64,000 nt of DNA from Saccostrea cucullata (lineage: Eukaryota), in NCBI RefSeq assembly GCF_032062105.1, contig NW_026925719.1, positions 1-64,000 on the forward strand, read 5' to 3'. Both the position numbers and the translations under genes were made by a program. Shown here piece by piece: positions 58,313-64,000 of this stretch (position 1 is its first letter; every line of letters begins with the position of its first letter). The notes beneath the pieces were generated by a model that was not told the origin of the DNA, searched no databases, and worked only from the letters and a program-made list of their open reading frames with translations.

Positions 58313-61070
58313 ATGTCGGTGAACAACTGCAATATTCAAGCGCAACTGACCCCCTCCACCCGGCTGCCGATAATTAAGGAGGACCAGGAGAAAGTTCTTC
58401 AGGCCAACTTCCGCAGCAATCGGAACCCCACAGACCTAGACCTTACACTCATAGCGGCAGAAGCGGGGCTTTCCGAAGAAAACGTCAAGGTAACCTTAAT
58501 TTGACAAATGACAAGTTAATTTCTTTATGACTCACATTATCATCCTTGTTAAAGTATTGATTCGTTATATCATTCGAAGTCTAAATGTGCAACACATGTC
58601 ACCACAGACCCTTGATTCTGTAATGAATGATAATAATACTATGGGTTAAATTATTACAATATCAAGTGCCTGTTCAGGTCACATAATCTGTCATTAGACA
58701 TCACGGTAATTTTTGGCTTTGTTGCTTCTGACTTCTGGATAGAAGATCAGAAGTCAACACTAAGTATTAGCGTTGTTGTCCTTGTTTAATTAATCTACGA
58801 TACGAACACGTAATTGTTCTATATACACGTGTTTGGTTGTCCACTTAAGTCCCCATGTCCTCTAAGTAGCTGTATATATTGACTTTACATCAATAGATGA
58901 CAAATATGCCTATCAATTATATATACTTGTGTACGTTGTGAACCATGTGCTGCCAATATCATTACGCAATAAATCTCTCATGTGCTTACACAAATATTGC
59001 CAAGGTACAGAAATTGAACCCAGCACTTATAAGAACTTGAAAATTGACAAAAATAAAAAATAAATAAAAAGATTAATACGTAAGTTCTAGATACGCTATC
59101 TTTGTGTACCTTGGGCGTGATATGTTCTATTTATACAGTTCGGCAATCTATATATAACCTGTGTCTCAATATAGGTATTGACTTTGCCATCAGTATATTT
59201 GATATATACTGACCGTGACATTACTTCTCTACTACAACATTCTGTATGTGTACAAGTACAGTATATTTGATATATACTGACACTTCCGCAAGTACAGGGA
59301 CAACTGGCTAGCTACCAAACCACGACCGCTGACCCCCATACCACTTGTTGATATATAATTTATTTACACCATACTGCTAAAAAATCTAATCTGAGAACTT
59401 CTTTATAACACAAAGTAAGTAAATGGCTGCATTGAAAAACAGTGCTTTTATCAACCAACGTAGATCAAAGACTAGAGCTAGTTCCGATAAGTTTATTGTT
59501 TAAATCTATATAAAGCTCGTTTTCACACACTGTTCCTATTCTGCTTCAGTCTTGCGATACAAGGATTTGCTATTAAATTGGAAAATACGCCCACTTACAA
59601 ATTAAATTTATCACAAGTTGAACAATTGTCAGTATATTTAGAAATGTGGACAATTCGTTTTTAAATTGTTCCCAAGAAATTTATAGACAAATTTGAATAT
59701 ATTTTAATGGCCCGATATATAATTTTGTCACAATCCAAAGGAAGAATTTATTTAATAAATGCATATACTTGTAATAATTTTTTTCCCTTTTTATTGTGAT
59801 CTTAAGAAATGTGATGCTGTTGTTTGCCGCTTCCCTGTTAAATAATAATTCCTTTGATTAATAGTGATTTTGTATGAAAGGCCACACAATACACGGGGAA
59901 GAAATATTCTCCAGAACACGGAAAAAAAACCCAAAATTGTGTTTTTCTTCAGAAAAGGAATTAAGTTTTCTTTTCAGGAAAATGTGCACGTGTTAGTCAC
60001 GAAATTGTTAGTCATCTTTCTGGTAAATTAGGCACTTATGATGCAATGAATAGCTTTTCAATTCAAGAAATCTAACAATAATGTGTACAAGATCTTAAAA
60101 AGGGGGGGGGGGGGGTACAAATCAAAGAAACAAAATTTTTGAAGGTTGAACCTCTCTCTCTCAATCTCGTAACAAATATTATTGGGAGGCAGTATTTTGT
60201 AATCTGAATATTATTTTAAAAACATGACACATTTCCCGCCCCTTTCCTGTTCAAATTCACACAAATCACCCGTAAATTACACAGATTCGTTGATTCAGCG
60301 TAAAATGACACGGAATGATGGGCCACTAAACGTTACCTTCAATGAACACCGATATCTGATCATAATAATGTTTACTGACCAAACAATCTGCTTGTCGATA
60401 AAAGTGACAGAGTTATCATGTAACAGATAGTTTCATTGATGTGTCACAACGTTACATTAGCCTTCTTCCATCTTTTGATATATTAACACAGACCTCCTCG
60501 GGGAAAAGATATGAATTAACCCCCCCACCCTCAAAAAAAAAGAGGATCTGACGAGAAGTTCATCGAATGTCTTCCTAAAGTATCAAAAATGTTTATTGTA
60601 TCTATCATCTTTTGATTAAATTCTAAAACTGTTTTCAAAATGTATAAAAATAAGGTGTGATGTCAACAATTCAAGCGATTATCAGTATAGTGTCATAAAA
60701 GAAATCCTATCCTCTGGAATCTTGCATAAGTGTCAGGTAAATTATCGCAATTTTTGGTGAGGAAACTTGTTAAACTAGCAATATTACAAACACAAATTTG
60801 TTGGGAAATTTATTTATTATATTGAGAAATGCCGTCTGTCTTTTTTTAAAATAAAAGAATGCAAAATATATTTTGTGTCTTTTACCCTAGTAAAACTGAA
60901 ACAAAACATCAATACATATATTTTAAAGCCTTTATTTGTTCCCTTTTAGCCGTTTGGAGTCTGACCTATATGTTAAAGCTTTTATTTTTTAGCTGTGGTA
61001 TCAGCACCGCCTGGCGTGTTGGCGACAGCAGCAGGGCCTTCCAGCCAATTCTCGCTCCATTATGGACTGA
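58313..61070 (+). CDS. HOPX: Homeodomain-only protein (84 aa, 2 coding exons)
   Basis: Exons 58313-58489 (AAG|gtaacc) and 60993-61070 (tttag|CTG). The protein ...EDQEKVLQANFRSNRNPTDLDLTLIAAEAGLSEENVK|LWYQHRLACWRQQQGLPANSRSIMD* matches the HOPX signature LIAAEAGLSEE...W..RLA.WR...GLP. Confidence 0.95.
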
Positions 61071-61640
61071 TGACGTCATACCACGTGGTGACAAGAGTGA
61101 TCGTTTGGTGCTTCTGCTTCAGAGAGTGGCGGATTAACATTGCATAGGATATACCAGAATTAAAGACTTATATGCTACAGGACAAAAATCGGGCATGCGT
61201 GGATGCTGCTTATTGGTGATATAACTCAGCCATCACAAACCATTTCAATAATTTATTTTGTTTCATTTTCTTCATCATGGACATCACCCCCACCCCCCCC
61301 CGTTTGAGTCCCATTTCTTAACCTCTGAATTATTGGCTCAGCTCAATTTAAAACTTAGGACATTGTAAAGAGCTGTGAACTATTCACTGTTACGCAAGTA
61401 GTATTAACTGTTGTTGTGTCACTTTTTGAGAGATGTATATATTAAACTTGTTGAGAGATATTGCTTAATTTTGTATTCTGTGTTGTATTTAAGATTACAC
61501 CGTAAACAACGTGTGCCTCATTTGGCCTAAGTCAAGAACTTAGGAAGCATATCAGGGACCTATATTTGACTTCTTGTAGGATTAGACCTTTAAAATAGAT
61601 GGTTATACATGTACCAGTAGTTTCACTTAACAATTGTCCA

Positions 61641-63082
61641 TTTTTATGCCCCCATAAACGAAGTTTTGGGGGTATATAGTTTTTGTTGTGTTTGTCTGTA
61701 TAGCTGTCTGTCTGTCTCTCTGTCTGTTTGTCCGCAAAAACTATATTTCCATTTCTAATTTTTTTCCTCTGTGATAACTCTTTCAAAGTTAGCGGAGTTG
61801 ATTCTTGATAATTCTACCAGAATGTAAATTAGGCAGGTCGATAGGTCAGAAGCTAAGGAGGCCTAATATGCATGCAAATCTTGTGCGCATCTGTCTCTGT
61901 TGCTAAAGAGGCCAAATATCCATGTAAATGTCTGCTGCTGTCTTTGCCTTTGACATGAGTAGGCGAGGACTATTGAAATTGGCCTTGGAGTCCTCATGTA
62001 ATTTAAATCTATGTCTACATTTGTAAAGTCTAAATCTACAATTTTATTTCACAATGAAATGGAAATATAAGGAATCACTGTCTAGTTAGGGTAGTATGCC
62101 AGGGACATCAACGATAGTGGGAAACATGGGATAATTTATGCATAACAGGCTATCTGATGTTTCTTACTATCGTTGATGCCCTGGCATACTATACTAACTA
62201 GACAGTGATTCCTTAAATTAACCTTGCCCATAACTTTTGATTTAGTGGAGCTATGACTTTCACATTTTACATGTGTATTCCTTGTGACAAGACCTTCCTT
62301 TGGGTACCACCAAATTTGACCTTGACCTTGGAGTTTGACCCACTTTTACACAAAACTTTTCAAACTTTTACTTTGGCCATATCTTTTGAACAATAGATAC
62401 CACAACATTTATACTTAAAATATGTATTTTTTGTGGAAAGACCTTTCACTGGATACCAACAATCTTGACCTTGGAGATTTCCATACCTATGAAAAAACTT
62501 GAACCTTGGCCATAACTTTTGAATGCTAAGGGCTAGTGATCTCATACTTAAGATGTGTAATCCTTGTGAGAAGACCCTTAATTGGATACCAAGAACTTTA
62601 ACTCTCTGACCTTTACCTTGGAGTTTGAACTACTTTTAAAAAGCAAACCTTGACAATAACTTTTCAAGGGTTAGGGCTAGTGCTTTCATACTTTACATAT
62701 TTAATCCTTGTGACAAGACCTTTCATTTGATAGCAAGACCTTTGACACTTTGACCTTGGAGTTTGACTTACTTTTTAAATTGTTTAACCTTGGCCATAAC
62801 TTTTGAAGGGTTAGTGCTAGGACTTCCATATTCACATATGTATTTTTTGTTGCAATAAAGACCTTTCATTGGATACCAATTACCTTGATCTTTTGACCTA
62901 GACCTTGGAGATTTCCTCACTTATGAAAAAACTTTAACCTTGGCCTATTTCCATATTTCACAATTGTATTTCCAGTGAGAATACCCTACTTTTGGTACCA
63001 ATATATTAAATTTGCATTTAAGAAAAATTTAATCTTTGCTATGTTGCCATACGGGGCATCAGTGTTTTACAAACACATCTTT
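61641..63082 (+). mobile_element. HINE element with degenerate internal repeats and nested insertion(s) at ~61745-62215
   Basis: 5' TTTTTATGCCCC...CGAAG...GGGGGTATATAG, (GTCT)n, TGACCTTGGAG/CCATAACTTTTGAA units, and 3' GGGGCATCAGTGTTTTACAAACACATCTT. Confidence 0.8.
62068..62215. mobile_element. Foldback MITE (TAAGGAATCA...TGATTCCTTA)
   Basis: Imperfect arms of about 60 bp: TAAGGAATCACTGTCTAGTTAG..TAGTATGCCAGGG.CATCAACGATAGT and their reverse complement. Confidence 0.82.
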
Positions 63083-64000
63083 CTGTATTATTTATAGCTT
63101 AAAACCTAGAAAAAAACTAACTTAGAATAAAATAAAGCTATTGTTTCCAAAGAGCAGCTTGATATTGAGGTGGACCCCAGTAACAGAGGCAGTTGCTGAC
63201 ATTTTCCAGTATGAGGGGACCTCTCTTACAACTAAGACCATCATTCTCTAAATTCAAATCTGTCAGAACTCTATGACAATTAAGGACTTGTCCAAAACAA
63301 TCACATAAAATTTGTAAAATATTGCTGATTTAATCTTTCTTGTTTGAAATTTTTACAAAATGAATTGAAAATGAGCATGAATCAAGATCACAATGTTGGA
63401 TATAAATTAACCTAGTTCCTAGTCAAATGTAGAAAATCTTTTCACAATGCATAAAAAGACAGATCACAAATCTAACCAATCCATACATCTGTATTATCCA
63501 ATGCTTTGGGTCTCCCTCATCATCCAATCATATGCCTCCTTCTTTCCTTGCCTCTTAAGTTCAGGTCCCACTATATCCCTACACATTGTATGGTAGTCAT
63601 TTAACCAGCTTATCTGTCAAGGAAAAGTCAAAACATACCTAGTTAAGTAACCAGTGTTGATGGAAGTGGGGCCACTTTTAATTTTAAAATCTCAACCCTA
63701 CCAACAAGATAGATACTATACATGCAAACATTAGTATAACCCAAAGTGAGTATAATAATTTGATATCCTTGTCGAAAAAACAGTTAATGATACATTACTT
63801 TAGAACCATGCTACATTTGCCTAAGATATATGAATTGAAAAGACTGCTTGATTTAAGTCCATATAAGATATGGTTCAACTTCAAGCATGATTTGTCAATG
63901 TAAATTGAAGAGCCATAAAATTTTAAAATGAGGATATACTGATTGATCAGTAAGTTATAAGTGCAGTTGTATGTACATGTCTTTGATAGCTATGATCTAG

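Noticed and set aside
60859-61137. 92-aa ORF over HOPX exon 2
   Set aside because: Wrong frame; the HOPX-matching frame starts at the acceptor at 60993.

Overview
AT-rich, intron-containing animal DNA, most likely a bivalve (oyster-like). That assignment is inferred from Helentron-associated HINE elements carrying ~166-bp satellite units. No prokaryotic features, rRNA, functional tRNA or CRISPR array are present. Six protein-coding genes can be built by hand from GT-AG junctions. Three are class II PAQR / membrane progestin receptor-like genes with essentially one coding exon each; two of them form a head-to-head inverted segmental duplication with a dead L1/Tx1 LINE in the spacer. The others are a 9-exon ERGIC1 (- strand, 290 aa), a 13-exon ANKRD55 (+ strand, about 719 aa, with a probable 18-nt microexon) and a 2-exon HOPX (+ strand, 84 aa). 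The rest is HINEs (some nested), several foldback MITEs with target-site duplications, a tRNA-derived SINE, LINE/Penelope and Ulp1-PHD transposon relics, and 25-bp, 30-bp and 81/87-bp tandem arrays. The most unusual signal is that at least seven splice donors in ERGIC1 and ANKRD55 are followed, inside the intron, by degenerate 'echo' copies of the exon 3' end plus donor, some expanded into minisatellites. Other notable items are patchy gene conversion between the inverted PAQRs, a templated insertion inside a HINE, a perfect 97-bp palindromic MITE, and one region that looks like an assembly chimera.
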